From positions 11,231,009 to 11,295,008 of the forward strand of contig CAJINV010000001.1 in assembly GCA_905178155.1 (NCBI GenBank): a stretch of 64,000 bases of DNA. Reading direction: 5' to 3'. This DNA is from Amoebophrya sp. A120. Its lineage: Eukaryota > Protista > Dinoflagellata. The notes below the pieces were generated by a model that was given only the letters and a program-made list of their open reading frames with translations, was not told where the DNA came from and made no database searches. Positions 1 to 13,305 of this stretch are shown piece by piece. The position numbers and the translations under genes are program-made. Positions within the stretch are counted from its first letter, which is position 1, and each line of letters opens with the position of its first letter.

Positions 1-694
1 TGCTTTTCGGTTCCACTTGAACTTCTGCAGACGCAGAGGTAAAGTTAGCTGCAAGTTAAATCTGTCCTTTCACGCGATTTTCCGGTTGCACTAGAAGAAG
101 CGCATCTGTATTCTATATTGTCATTTGCAACTACAATTAGTGGCTTCTTTTTCTTGTGGTGCGACCAATCAATGTATCGGTTTCGTGCAGAATAACAATG
201 ACTCAGACCGCCATGAGCATGACATGCAGTGGTTTGGCGGCGCAATTAGAAAATCAGACAAGCCTATTTTGTTTCGGTCACGTCCACGTGGATATCCGTA
301 CACTCGGTGATCTTTCGCAAGTGCTGCCTGCTTCTGCATCGGTCGCGCCGTAGCCATTTGCAACTTGTTCGTTCAACACATTCGTTCACCCTCTGTCATT
401 CGCTACCGCTTGAAACGAAAAAGTAGTGTTTAATTGCAACAACGTTCAACTTCAAGGTTATCGAGCCACAACTTACTTGAACAGTAGCAGTACCCCTGGC
501 CCTTGGAAACCTTGCCTGTATTTGATTTCCTTCGACCAACATTCCACTCTTCTGTTTTCCCTGCTTAATTGCTGCTGTTGTTCGTTTTCCGCTCCACGAG
601 GACTGCTACAGCTACTTCTAAGTGCTTGGCTCTCTTACATTCAATCCTTTTTGTATATTCCCAGCAGTCTCAGTCAGCAGACGGAGGAGTAATA

Positions 695-1977
695 ATGCAG
701 AAGCTCCAACAGCCCTCCATTGCAGGCGGCTTTACGCCGCGGCCGTTGTCCGGGCTTCTGTCCGGTGGAAGCTCGCAGCCGAGCAGTTTCCGAAAACCGC
801 TGGAGATTCATCCGATACAGCTCCACCCGCAAGGCGGAATGCAAGTCCCGAAATCTCAGAATCTGCTCTTTAACACGAGCCAAACCCACGGGGCGCACGG
901 TAAAGAGTTTTTGGTCATTTCCATTTGTTGTTGCTTTGAGTCGTTGTTTTTTGCGGGTTCGGCACTGCTAGACGTGCTATCGGTAGTTCTCTTCTCTTCT
1001 TTCGCTCCTCGCACATAATTTACACGGACCTTATTTTCACAGCCCTGCGCACCAGCCTTCTCGGGAAAGGATCTGCTGTGTCTGCGACCGCGGTCGACCA
1101 CGCCAAAAACGACCCGGAATTGGCGAATTTGAGGGCGTTGAAGCAGAACTGCCTGCTCCAGACCATTCCAGTGAAGGACGCACTTGACAGCCTGCGAGGG
1201 AAGCAAATCGACGGCCGACTGGATCTCGGAGCGTTCACCATGGGATATCAGGAGGTAGATTCTTTTCTAAGGAGTAAGCGTGCAATTATCGTAATCGAAA
1301 AATAAATCATCGTCTTTCGTAAGTAAATGCCGAGCCTCACGTTTTCGTCTACTACCAAGGGCTGTATCGATTTCTTTTGTTTCAAACATGGCGCCGATCT
1401 CGTCATGCAGTTTGCGTTAACATACACTGCAATCGAATCCTGGACCTCCCTCCCGTGAAATAGAAACGTCTTCCAAAATGATCCTCAGCTCTGCGCCAAG
1501 GAGAACCTTACCTGCCCGTCCCAGGACGTGATTACGGGTCTGTTCCAGCTTTTCGACAAGGATAAGAACAACGTGATTGACCCGATGGAGCTGTGCTGCG
1601 GCCTGAGCATGATGTGCAAGGGCACGGAGGATGAGAAGATACACGCGGTCTTCGACTGCTTCGACGAGGACGGGAACGGCAACATATCACTCGACGAAAT
1701 GTTCAAGTTTCTCGTCTCCGTGTATCGGGTGGTGCTCACCCCCACCGTGCTCGCAACGATCAAGAACCTTGGCGTCGAGGTGCAGTCGCCCGAAGACCTC
1801 GCCTCCGTCACCGCCCTGGAGTGCTTCAAGAGCGCCGACTTGGACGGCAACGGCAGCCTGAACGTGGAGGAATTCAAGCAGTGGTTTTACGGCGGCGCTG
1901 CGGGCGCCGGTGTTCCGTCACCCACCACCTCCAGCCCGAGTGTCTTCGCGGGGCCGCTCAAAAAGTTGCTACATTAA
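695..1977 (+). CDS. EF-hand calcium-binding protein (calcineurin B / recoverin-NCS-like), 3 exons: 695-899, 1043-1254, 1489-1977
   Basis: EF-hand loops DKDKNNVIDPME, DEDGNGNISLDE and DLDGNGSLNVEE. GT-AG introns 900-1042 and 1255-1488 join ORFs 569, 1078 and 1528 in frame. Confidence 0.85.
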
Positions 1978-3154
1978 ATGAAGATTCAAGAAGTAGATGT
2001 CAAAGTCTTTCAGGATGCCCATGATAGGGAAATGGATACGCAAGGCAGTAAGAACTGTAAACTGTTTTTGCAGTGCGAGATGAATGGAAACTCGAGGACT
2101 GCATCTGCATTTTCGTGGACCTTTGACATATGAAGAATCCAATCGTAACCTTTTTTGACCCTTAAACCGAGGCTAATTGTCTTACTTGAAATTGATTCTG
2201 AAGCTGAAGCATGTAAACTTCTTTTTTCTACGATTCTAAGGTACGCTTCAAGTTCAATCCCCTTCCATTCCCATCGTTGTCCCATTTATAATCATAGTTT
2301 TTCGGTACCTTGTACTTGTTGTTGATGACACTGAATGCAAGAAGATGCAATATGTATCATCAACCCCAGTTCGGGTATTCGCGTCGCAATCGCGCGATAT
2401 TACTAATCTCACACCTCGCAGAATCTCATCTGAATTATGTACCAAGGAGCGCACCAGCTTTGTCCGGTTTCGGGCAAACCGTTGTTCGTTCATATGATTG
2501 GTGTTCTTGATAGCCCAACTTTCACTTTCCCGTGTGAGAGAGATGAAGTGAGAAGCTTTATTTCAGCATTACCGACGTTGTGTGGGCGGACAATTAAAAC
2601 GCCACGCTTCGTCTGTTGTAGCGGTCGCAGGTAGGTGTTTCGCGGAACAGCACAACATAAAGATGGAGTTGCGAGATGACCTAATAAACTTGCATTGCAA
2701 AGAGCAAGAACAGACTCGCAGCACCATGCGGGTGCATGAAGCCGATGCGACCTTCGCGACGGTTCTGGGGGACAAACCGCGCACTTGCAGTGTCCGTATT
2801 GGGGACTGGACGGGCTCCACTGGACATGAATCACGCAACGGGCTGGAATCCTCCTCGACCGCAACATCCTCTTCCTCCAGTGGGACCTCGCGGCCGGGCC
2901 GGAAAATAAGAAGAGAAGCTCTTGCTACTTCACCTTCTGCGAGGACCACAATTCGAAAGTTCAGGTTGAAGAGAAACAAAAATCGTGCGGTGATAGCACC
3001 GCGCAAGAAGATCGATAACGACGCGGAAATGATACCATTAGTTGCAAATCATAATTCGCGGCCGAATCGAGGGGCAAAGAAAGGAAAACTTCCAGGACCA
3101 AAAGGAACGGATAGAAAGCAAGAGCACGACACGATGATAATCGAGGGCGACAGC

Positions 3155-6100
3155 ATGTCCGGAAAAATAAAAGCGCAGAGAAAGAGCAGACGAGTTGTTC
3201 CCAGGCTCGCGGCAGCGTCCTCTTTCGCAGCCGCATTCTTTGGCTGCCTCGCAGGCGTGGTTGCCCAAAGCAGCGTGACCATCGTGGCGAACGCCGACAT
3301 GGGGACGTGCACTTGTGACATCACTGCGAACAAATGCGACCCATATTGCTGCTGCGACCCGGATTGCAGCACCGGCGTACAAAATTCCGGCTTCAGCAGC
3401 GACTGCATCACCGTCGGAGCGTCAAACGCCCTGGAATCGCAATACTCATGTTCGTATCAAATGTAAAAATGTCTGGGTCTGGAAGATTCTGAGACTTGTC
3501 ACGCAGGTTTTGCATGAGTCTTGATGCCTGTGATGCGTGCCCTAGCATCACAGATTTTTTGAGGGCTTCTTGATGCCTATTCCGCATTACAAATGCCCTC
3601 GCTGCGTAGCAAAAATCACACTCCCTTTGCAGCTCATGCAATACAGATTTTTTTGCAATCCAGGGTAATTGCTCACCAGTCGGGGTAATTGCTCACCAGT
3701 TCGGGTAATTGCTCACCAGTCGTTTTGTATGCCGAGTCAAGAGGTGCAACACGAACAGATAGGCATGAATTTAGCATCTCCGGCTGGTAGAGCAATCGGC
3801 TACCGAGGTACGTCAGGGGGCGTAGCTACATCAGTCAATCAATCCAAATGCAGCATCACAAGTTGCATTCTTCCAGACCCAGACACTTTTACATTTGATA
3901 GTTCGTCAAAAAGTTACGTACAGGAGGTGAATCCAAGGTAAGACTTCCGAGCACATTCAAATTATGTGAGTAGGTATAGGTTGTCAATAAGATTCATGTG
4001 ATGTTTCCGTTTCAGCTGTCGTGGCGCTCGAAGATCGCAATTGATGCAACGGAAGCCAACTGTGCATGATGATGATACGATTGATTTTTATCCTCACGAC
4101 TGATTCTCAGAACGGACGTTTCCGTGCTGCAAGACGACCTGCGCAACCTCCTGTGTGTCCACATCGACAACTCCGCTGCGGATGGACGGTATTTTGATTC
4201 TTCTGCGACGACAGCGTACGCAACCTACACGTCCGAGGTTTCCTCGAGGTCCCTCTCCTCGTATATCCAAAGAAAAAAACCCATCCACATCCAATTTGTC
4301 ATGCAAAACACGTATAAAATCATGTGTTTGTCATGCAAAAAATGGATGTGGATGGGTTTTTTTCTGTGCTGGATATCGTATCCCGTTCTCTCCCTGGAGC
4401 ATGTCGACGCGTCCACGGCGAGTTCTGGGTACACCGTTGGACATCTGGTCAAAATGCAACAGGCTTGGACGACCGCAAATGTGGTGGCACCGCTTACAAC
4501 CACGGGTGCGCTGGAGAGCGCGGCGGGGACGTACGTGCAAAAATCTCGGGAATGGAAGGTACTAGCGGAATAGTGAATTAATTATGGGGAAGTTGTTGTG
4601 GGAGAACAAGTAGATGCTTGTATACAATCGGCGACGAGAACAGACGCAATAGATGCCTTGCTGCTCGTTCCGTAACATTCAGATGAAAAATCAATCAGGT
4701 TCCCCTTCCAGATGCGAGCGGGCGCTGCAGCGACCAGCCCGTGCCTTTTATGTTTGACATTGCGAGTACGTCGTGTCAAATGGAATCGGTAGTGTTGAGC
4801 ACGGCCTGTACCACGACGCTGAACGCACAGCAGCTTTCGACGTACCAAGTGCAGGGCCACAATTTGTACGCCGCGGGCAGTGACACGGTCGCTACTTGCG
4901 CGGCGGCTGATTGCGTCTCCCCGTTAGTGCAGATCAGTGGGTGCGCAACTACTTCTGCCACCAGCACTGACACTTTCACGAAGCCAACGTTTGCTGGGTC
5001 AACATTGTCTTCGGTTACAGCGGGCACAGCTTGTACTGCAACGGCGGAGGAACTGAAGAAGGGCAAGGCGTCGGTACTGAGTCTGAGTCACCAAGCAACT
5101 ATAACTTGTTTTTCTGACAAAATCTCTAGGCGCGATTAAGTTCATTTTTTTTACGTTATCTACTTCAATATCAATACGATGAAAAAAAAACAACATGATC
5201 CATTAACCCAGACCTATACCGCCGGTACGTCGACGTGTTCCAATGCAGTTATAGGCGCACACTACACCGTTACCTACACTTCGTCGACGAAGAATGACAT
5301 CACCAGTGTAGTGGTCCAGTATGAGTATGCCGACATTGTCGCAACATCCACGGTAAGATAGAAGTAGAGCATATTGCGCATTCTTGCTTTGCCTTCAGTT
5401 TTCAACTTGTAAGCTATCAATGGGCCGCCGCTGTACGCCTACTGATCTAATGTTCGCAATACCAACAATTTTGAAGACAAGTACTTAGGCAATCGTCGTA
5501 TCTAGCTGATTACGGAAGTATTTCCCGTGCAGAAAAACGTGATGTAAAAGATGAATCTTAAATTTTCCACCTCCAGGACATCACTTTCACGACTTCGGTG
5601 AGCTTCGTTTATAACTCGGGGACAGCCAGCGTTGCGAGAAGTGGGAATCCGGGCTACCTGTTCGGTAAGCCGTTGCTGCTCGAAAAGTGTGGCCAGTCGA
5701 CCTCCAGTGGCTGCACCAGTTTCGTCACGACTGCGGCGCACGGGCTGCCCGGCGTGTCGCTTGGAGAGTGCGAGTATGCCAGTTCATCGAACACCGTTAA
5801 ATTCCAGGTCGAGCAAATTCCCGTAAACTTCGGTGAAGACACGGTCGCCGGGTGCAGTTTGTCCTTCACCGCTGCGGAACTTGCGACCTTTTGCGCAGCT
5901 TCAGGTACTGAAGATCGTGAGGTTCTTTTTCATCTTTGGTCGTACCCTACGTGGTCGTTTGCTTAGAATAGAATTTTGTTGCAGTCGCACACCTCTTACT
6001 TCGAAGATTACCGTACTTTGAACTTCATCTTATCACTTCAGCAAACGAGATCGTGATGCTCCAACCCGTGCCCACGACCGGCACCGGCACTTCGCAAAAG

Positions 6101-6666
6101 TCGTACAATTACGGTTTCTCGCACGTCGGCGCCTGGGGGAGCTCGGACCGCAGCAACATGGCCGACTACGTAGAAATCCAGGCCTCTACTGCGGACACCA
6201 CGAAGACCACGACCGACCCGTGTGAGAAACTGCAAACGCAAACGTACGAGTTTGCATACGCACCGTTCGGAGAGCAAACCAATCCGCAGTACAAGATCAC
6301 GGGCGCATGGGCAAAGCGAACTTACGTATAAATAAAATTTATCTACTGCAACTTCGCGAGTTCCTTCCCTCGTCCTTTTTTTTTTCGCAATACACTTTTT
6401 GTTTGTGCTCGTGGTACTTTCGATTCTCATGCACTAGTTGAGGTTCTACTTCTTCGTTGATTGAGTCAACATTCTTGTCATTGCAGGCAACCTTGAAGCA
6501 TACGCTGTCGGATCCGAGCAAGAAGCAGAGCTTTCCTTTCTTCGTGAACATTCAATTTGTGAAGCAGGCCGACACCGCAGAGCTGGAGCTGAACATACCG
6601 CCGCGGCCGGATCTCCCGGTCTACTTGCCGTCCGATGTCTTCTACCCGTTGACACTGTTCGACTAA
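3155..6666 (+). CDS. Tectonic-family (TCTN1-like) ciliary transition-zone protein, about 8-9 exons, interrupted by two TIR introners
   Basis: Signal-like hydrophobic stretch followed by the tectonic Cys motif CTCDITANKCDPYCCCDPDC; also SGNPGYLFGKPL and C-terminal LPSDVFYPL. Frame-consistent GT-AG introns at 3938-4110, 4535-4698, 5353-5576, 5905-6041 and 6326-6486. The intron ending at 5211 has an uncertain donor. The start codon is uncertain because the frame is open from 2582. Confidence 0.85.
3455..3900 (+). mobile_element. TIR introner A1 (446 bp) in the tectonic gene
   Basis: 32-bp TIR tatcaaatgtaaaaatgtctgggtctggaaga with 1 mismatch; TSD gttcg at 3450-3454 and 3901-3905. Removal gives ...YSCS|SKSYVQEV in frame. 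Confidence 0.95.
3663..3722 (+). repeat. Three tandem 20-bp units gggtaattgctcaccagt(cg/tc) inside element A1
   Basis: Directly visible tandem triplication. Confidence 0.95.
4264..4375 (+). mobile_element. TIR introner B1 (112 bp) in the tectonic gene
   Basis: TIR tatcca..agaaaaaaacccatccacatcca / tggatgtggatgggtttttttct..tggata; TSD tcgta at 4259-4263 and 4376-4380. Homologous to 40355-40474. Confidence 0.95.
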
Positions 6667-7824
6667 CGCAGTGAAGAGTCTTGATGGGAGATGAAGCAGA
6701 AGCAAGACAGAAACCACTGCTTGCGCGTACATAACTGAGATTCATACTAAGTAGTAAAGAAATTACTATCGCCTGTACAGTATCCGCTCGCCTTGCTGAT
6801 CCTTATGTCACATGTTCATGTTGGGTTTGCATTTTTACGTTGATACTATCTCTTCCTTCAAAGCAGCCCCGGTTGCTCGGGTGTCAATAGATTAGCAGAA
6901 TAATTCTATAAACAAGTTTTGCAAGTAGAATCGTGCCAGCGTCGGCCCACATTGCGGCCATGCATGTAAAAAAAAAAATGAGTTGGCCTAAGCTGCGCTA
7001 GCTGCACCTGCAAATTATCTTGATTACTTTGCGAAAAAGAACTTGCACCACGCCGGGATAAACGAAACAGGCATTTCTTGCTCACGAAACAACTAAATGC
7101 ACTTCTGATATGACAGAGGGTCCATCTTGACTAAGAGCAAGAAAGAAAAAAATCCAGATTCGGTGCTCCGAGGTACCGGTGCAGGTGCTCTAAATGTAAC
7201 CTTTACCCTCCGCGCCCTTGAGGCATCATGATGTTGCTGCCAAACGCTCTACCTCAGGGTCGGGAGATCACCAATTATCCGTATATATAAATTCTTGGTG
7301 TGTTGAAGATTCGTCAATAGGACTCGTGCGTAGAAGTAGAAGTGGTTCTCTCGTGAAGATCTGATCTGTCCTTGCGGAACGAAGTATGCATGATAGCCAA
7401 GTGGTATAACTTTTTTTAGAGCACGCCTACCATGATGTTTATGCAAGATTAATGAACACCATGATCGGAAGGTGATCGTTTTCTTCATCTCTGGTGTCTG
7501 TCTGTGTCAGAGTCTGTGTGGGGTGTGCAAGTCGGTGGGTTCGAATGCGACCGCGTGGGTAATGAAGTCAAATGTGTAGAAATTTGAGTTGCTTCTGGTC
7601 GCTTTTCGTCTGTCTCGGGCTCGGGTTGTGGTCAGGACATAAAGCAGGCAAGCAAGACTAAGTAGACAAAACAAGAAGGTGACGCAGTACAGCGGCCTTC
7701 CTATTTACTAGACGATACTCATGATCGATGTAGCACCTTTGCGCCTGCCTCCGCCCGATGAATACGAAGGACCATACAAACCGATACAAAATTGAGAATC
7801 AAAGAAATAGCAACATCAAACAAC

Positions 7825-10180
7825 ATGGAGGCAGCGGCGCTGCGACCCTTTTCCACCGTCCCTGGCGTGCAATTTGTCCAAGCGTCCGGGCAGATAAGTT
7901 TGAACGAAGAAAGCGAAGACAGAGTGATGCTGGAAGATTTGGACGAATTATTCGATGTTGATCATACTACTGGATTAAGAGAACAAACCGGAGCACGAGG
8001 GGTGACGACGAACACAGTTTCACACTTTGTGAAAAATCTCATCAAACCGCCCAACTTCTTTGTGCCGGCGCCAAGCTGGACGGCCAGGACTTCCTGTTCC
8101 ACCACGCACGGTTCCTCTTCGAGTTCGTCCTCCGAAGTGGAGCAGCAACAGGACCACGAAAAGGCGTCAACGCGCAATAAACGCCCCGAAACATTTTTGT
8201 TTTCAAACAACCTTCTAGAAAAGCAAAAACCGTCCATCTCAACCTCTTCATCCTCTTCCCTCCTCGAGAATATGCCGACTTTTCTGCAGTCGCAACCCAA
8301 AATTGCTCTGGCGCAGCCCCCTGCCTTTGTGTTGCAGGCTTTCGAGCCGCCGCCCCCGATGCGCGGTTTGGATCCGCCAGAGGGGATCAGAGTGCAGAGG
8401 CCGCCCGTTCTGCAGAGGCCGGACAGTACAGATGGCATCACTTATGAGGAATTGCCCGCAGACGAGAATGCTGAAGATTGGCTGCGTTTTGCGAACGAAA
8501 TGGAACAAGAGTTGCCGCACCACAGGATGCGAGCAGATCACACCAAAATTGCGGCGGCATCTCGTCAAGCAGCACAGCGGTGTGGCTATGGCTATGAAGA
8601 TGAGCAAGAAGATGCCCCCCATGATCTACCGGTACCGCTTGTATCTGGAGGATCAGTTTTCGACAATCTCTACTCCGACGCGGTACGGCGGACCAGGAGG
8701 CGACGGGAAAACGTCGCTTTAGCTGCGGAGAACCAGAAAACGTTCGGGGCCGCGGCGACCAGCGAGGAGTTTGGCAGGGGATTACGAAGCGACATTTCCC
8801 GGCGGACCAATAAGTTGATCCATCCCGCACCGGAGGGAACCGCAACCGGGGCCACGAACAAGGGTTCGGGGGCCAGCTCTTCCTCCTCATCGGGCGCGAG
8901 CAAGCGAAGCGTCGCTTCGTCTGCTTACGGCGGTGACGGAACCGGGGACGGGATGCGGGGAAGGCATCGATCGGCCGACAAGAACCGAAGAAATAAATCC
9001 GCCGCTGCGGAGAACAAGAGGAGCTACGACTACAAGAGCCACCTTGCGCGCGAGGAGGAGTTCGCTCGTCGACGGCAAGAGCGGCTGGAGAGGAGGCGGC
9101 AAGAGCAGGAAGAGGAGCGGGCACGAGAAGAGCTGGAGGAGTGCACCTTTCGCCCCGAAGTGTCCCTGTCGGTGACCACAGCCCGGTTTTCGGCCAGGTA
9201 AGGTGTAGAAGTGCGCGAGTAGCGCAGCCGTGCGGCAGCTTTCTTTTTGATGCAAAGTACTTTATGTAATTTCAGCTATCAGGAAGCATTAGCATTCTAC
9301 TTTATCAGGGGAACTCGAACTGTCAAAACAAAACTGAATGATCGGAAACAGGTCCACTTCCACGCGACGAGGAGGGCCTGCGTCAACACGCAACAACTGC
9401 AAGCCGAAAGTGGACACCGGTCTTTACGACAACTACCACAATCCTCATTCTGCTCCCATCCGTACGGGCCGCAAACTTGCGACGCGGACGCGGCACTTCG
9501 AAGACCTGCAACCCGCGTTGGTGACGGCTTACGACCGGAATTTCGTGCGACAGAACGATCATCAACATGTTGGTGCCGCCGCGCAGCGGAACGGTTTTTC
9601 GTCTTGCGTTGACGACGAAGGCGAGTTTGAGTTGGACATGATCACGCGTAACCTCTCTGACGCGTTCGACGACCGCACGGTGAGTGTGGAGGAACGGCAC
9701 CGCAGCCCTGAGACCTACAGCTTTCGCGTGCCCATCTCGCCCAGTTGGCAAATGGAGTCGAACTCAGTACTGGGGGAAGATGGTGAAGACGAACATGAAG
9801 ACGAACATCCTGTTCCGGAGCTCGAAGTGGAAACAAGAAAAGCAATAGCGCACCAAAGTCAAAGAGGGCATAATCCTCGCCGCCGAGAGGACCGCGACAT
9901 ACGCGAGGAACAGCGCAGCCCGGAAGACACCAGGAACATCCTGCCCGACGAGGTTGTACTGAAGGCCTTGGGCCTAAGTCCGAAGCCGGAGAGCGCCGCT
10001 CGTTCCGCCGCCGGCTTGGAAGTGCAACTGCAAGCTGCCGAATCGGTTGCCGCAGAGGCGATAAAGAAAAAACCGTTTTACGACGTCGTGGCAGAAGAAG
10101 TAGAATCCGTCTCGACACTAGTCGACATGTACGAAACCGCTTTGCGCGCGCGGGTTTCCGGGAGGGACAAGGAGATGTGA
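7825..10180 (+). CDS. Hypothetical low-complexity/coiled-coil protein with an EELEECTFRP motif, 2 exons
   Basis: ORFs 7792-9201 and 9338-10180 join in frame through a GT-AG intron (about 9198-9351). Confidence 0.65.
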
Positions 10181-11177
10181 CGATTTGGTGTTGGTTCTGG
10201 TTCCAGGGTAACAGAAACCTTTTGAAATTAATTCTTTATTACCTTTACTGCTGTAAAAACAGGAGGTGAAAGAAAAAGATCGATGGAGACGCGATCGATG
10301 GACCATTCTTCCCGAGGATATTGAGCACTCGACGCCGATGATTGATGTGCGACCTCCTCCTTCCTTCACCTTCTACAAGATCGAGATTCCATATTGAAGC
10401 ATCGAAAACAAAGACCGTTCTCCCGGTGCGTACGCGTTTCTAATTCTACTTGACTTTGTTTCATCTGTACAATGACATGCAAGGCTAAAGCTAAAGCTCT
10501 CTCTTCTGTATCAAAGTTCTTGTACGTTATCCAGGGTGATTGTAAAGAAAATGATCGCGTCAATGTGCATGATGTACGAAAACACACAAGGCTTTTCCAA
10601 TGCTCGGCCTCTGATCTTTTGATTTTCTTGAAATGAGTCGTCTTGCTTTATGTACGTGTAAAAAATGAAAAATGCTTGTGCGGCGGAACGCTTGTATCTC
10701 GCCCCGTACACGCATTTTTGGGCTTGTTCGGCGATGTGCATGATAATGATTGACGACGAGCAGTTCCAGTTCCTTGATGGTATGAAAACAGTGTGTGGAG
10801 AGCGTGAAACATCTGCACGAGATTTTTATCCATGCATTTTGATTTTGATCTCGGTGTGGTCGTCCTGCAGGAGAGGGCTACAGAGCGAGTCGTTCGGAGC
10901 GTGGTACTGCTTGCTACCTAGAGCGCTGGTCGTTCATGTATCGCTATGCGTACTTATTTGTCGTTTCCTCGTTGTGGTCAAAGTATGCAACGAGAAGCTG
11001 GCAAGGCCGCATTTCATTTTCATTTTATTCGCGCGACGCCTGGGTCTCTTGTTTCTACTGCATTAGAAAAAGAAGTTGTAGTGACCTTCGGAAAATAATT
11101 AAATCGCAGAGCAGAAAAGCCGGAACCGGACGCTTCACAAAGACTTATTCTCGCCAGCGTTATTGCTCGAAACAAAA

Positions 11178-12502
11178 ATGTCAATCGATTTCGACAAAAA
11201 CGAAGATGAGCCGTCGCCGCTGGCGACGGCCGGCAGTTCTGCTCCCTCGCGCGTCCAAGAACTCGAGGCACAGCTCGAAGGCTACAAGCAAACGACTAAA
11301 TCCGCCCTGAAAGCCGCAACTGCGCAGATTTTGATACTGCAGAGGGAACTGGTATCGTAGGTCAATGAAAATGGATTTATTTTGTACCGATGGGGGTTAG
11401 GTCTCGAGGATATGATAAGTCGAGGTGGTCGAATTTCGTGTGCTGAAATCCAACCGGTCGTCGAGGCTTTTGATGGAAAAGATGGAAATAACACGTAGTA
11501 AGAACAATCCTGATTACAGCACCACTACACGATCAATGAAAAAATCACCAGACTGCAGCACAGAAGGCTTTGAGCAGCAGTTCTGAGTACGGGATTGAGG
11601 GAGCTTTTCACTCGGTTGACGAAGACGAACTGCAGGAACTGAGAAAACAAATCAAGCACCTGGAGCTCGACGCGGAGTACCACCAGAAGGTAGCTGCGAG
11701 CGCGGCCGCGGATAAAGATCGGCTCACGCTGGAAGTCAGAAATCTCGCGGCGAGCAACCAAGACTTAAAAGAGGAACTTGAGTATTGTTTGAAATGTTTG
11801 TGTTTCTCTAGCTTTTGCATGCAGCACAGTACTTTTACTTCTGTCTCTGTGTGGGTTGCGGATTTTTTATGGCAATAGTCTCTTTGATCTTGATGTCTTT
11901 GTCATTCACTTTCACATTCCCACCACATCTATCACTATCAATTCATTGTGTGTGCAACTCACTATTTACCTCCATCAACAGGATGGTTCGGCAGCAGCTA
12001 AGGCACTACGAGCTGAATCAAGAAAACCACGCTCCCGCACAAGCGAAAATAGAAGCAAAACTGAGAAGGCGAGTCGAAGACCGAAATCTAGACTTGCAGC
12101 ATCGCGTGCAGAAACTTACAGCAATAGTACTGCCGGCTTGATGTTTCATTTCCCTTTTTATTTACATTTGCTTCTTTTCTTTTATTCTTTTTCCGCACAA
12201 ACCCAAACCGACAAATTCGAATTAGAATGCAGTACCTATCGATGTTGTATGTACTAGTTGTTCAGTTTTGATTTCTTGCGTCGACATCCCCGCTAAATAT
12301 GAAGGTTTCCGAGCAAGAGGTAATGGCCAACCAGTACCAAGCGCGGTTTCTCCAGACAGGTCACATGATCGAGGCAAAGACGAAGCAGTTGGACCTGGCG
12401 AACGCTAGGATAGCAGAGCTCAAGGCAATGCTACGGTCCTACACGGAGAAGGAAATACATCACACACTGAGCGGTGTCAGGAAAGCCATGGCCAACAAAT
12501 AG
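11178..12502 (+). CDS. Hypothetical coiled-coil protein, about 4 exons
   Basis: Heptad-rich exons (RVQELEAQLEGYK; ELRKQIKHLELDAEY; DLANARIAELKAML) joined by introns at about 11352-11551 and 11782-11981, plus one with a probable GC donor. Confidence 0.65.
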
Positions 12503-13305
12503 AGCGCGCCACTAGCACTAAATCAACTGGGTCGTGGCTGCGTGGGTTTGCGACGTGGGCTCTGATTTTTCAGATTTGGCCGTTGATGACAACCCAGTTT
12601 TGACTTTTCTTCACCGTCGTTTTTTTTCGAAACGTGATGAAAGTCGAACGACTCATCGTGCCACATAAGTCTTTAAATCCGACCTGAGTCAACATTATGA
12701 TAGTGTTTCAAGCATCGGCGATGCTGCAAAACAAATTTCGAAGAATTACTTCATAAACTACCTTCCTTGGCGCAATGGCAGGGGCATTTCATCGTTGCAG
12801 GGCTTTTTTGTTGAGGCAGTGCACCAGCAGGGTGATGGCAATCATCTGCGTCTTTCGCTGCGGTTCTGCTAATCGTATATCGCATTTGTTCTTGTCGTGC
12901 TTGAGCGTCGGCGTGACGGCACGAGCCGACCACAGTACTACTCTTCTAGAAGAAAGAGGGATGAACTCGAAAAAACAAGAAGTGTTTCGAGATTGAGTCA
13001 ATCTTTCGTTGTCCGTGGCTATTCGTCTGTTTCTGTATGACTATGTTTATGTCTACGATCAGGCAGTCGGCATACTAGTACATCGCAACTATCATATCGG
13101 AGAAACGACGCGGAATCAAGCGATATCATGCTAGCAGTCGTGCTGTAGTTGGGCCACCTTTTCGAAGAACCGAGTCCGAGAAACAGATTTTTGTTGACAG
13201 ACTAAAGTTACAAACTTCGCAATCACAGAGGGACAACGACGAAAACTAAACCAAAAGGGTGTCGCTTCCACTTCCTGGGGCTTCTGTGACTCAGACTGAA
13301 GAATC

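Noticed and set aside
3663-3722. Repeat array as a possible CRISPR
   Set aside because: Units are directly tandem with no spacers, there are no cas genes, and the context is eukaryotic.
7530-7556. GGTTCGAAT tRNA T-loop/B-box-like string
   Set aside because: The flanks do not form a T-stem and there is no cloverleaf.
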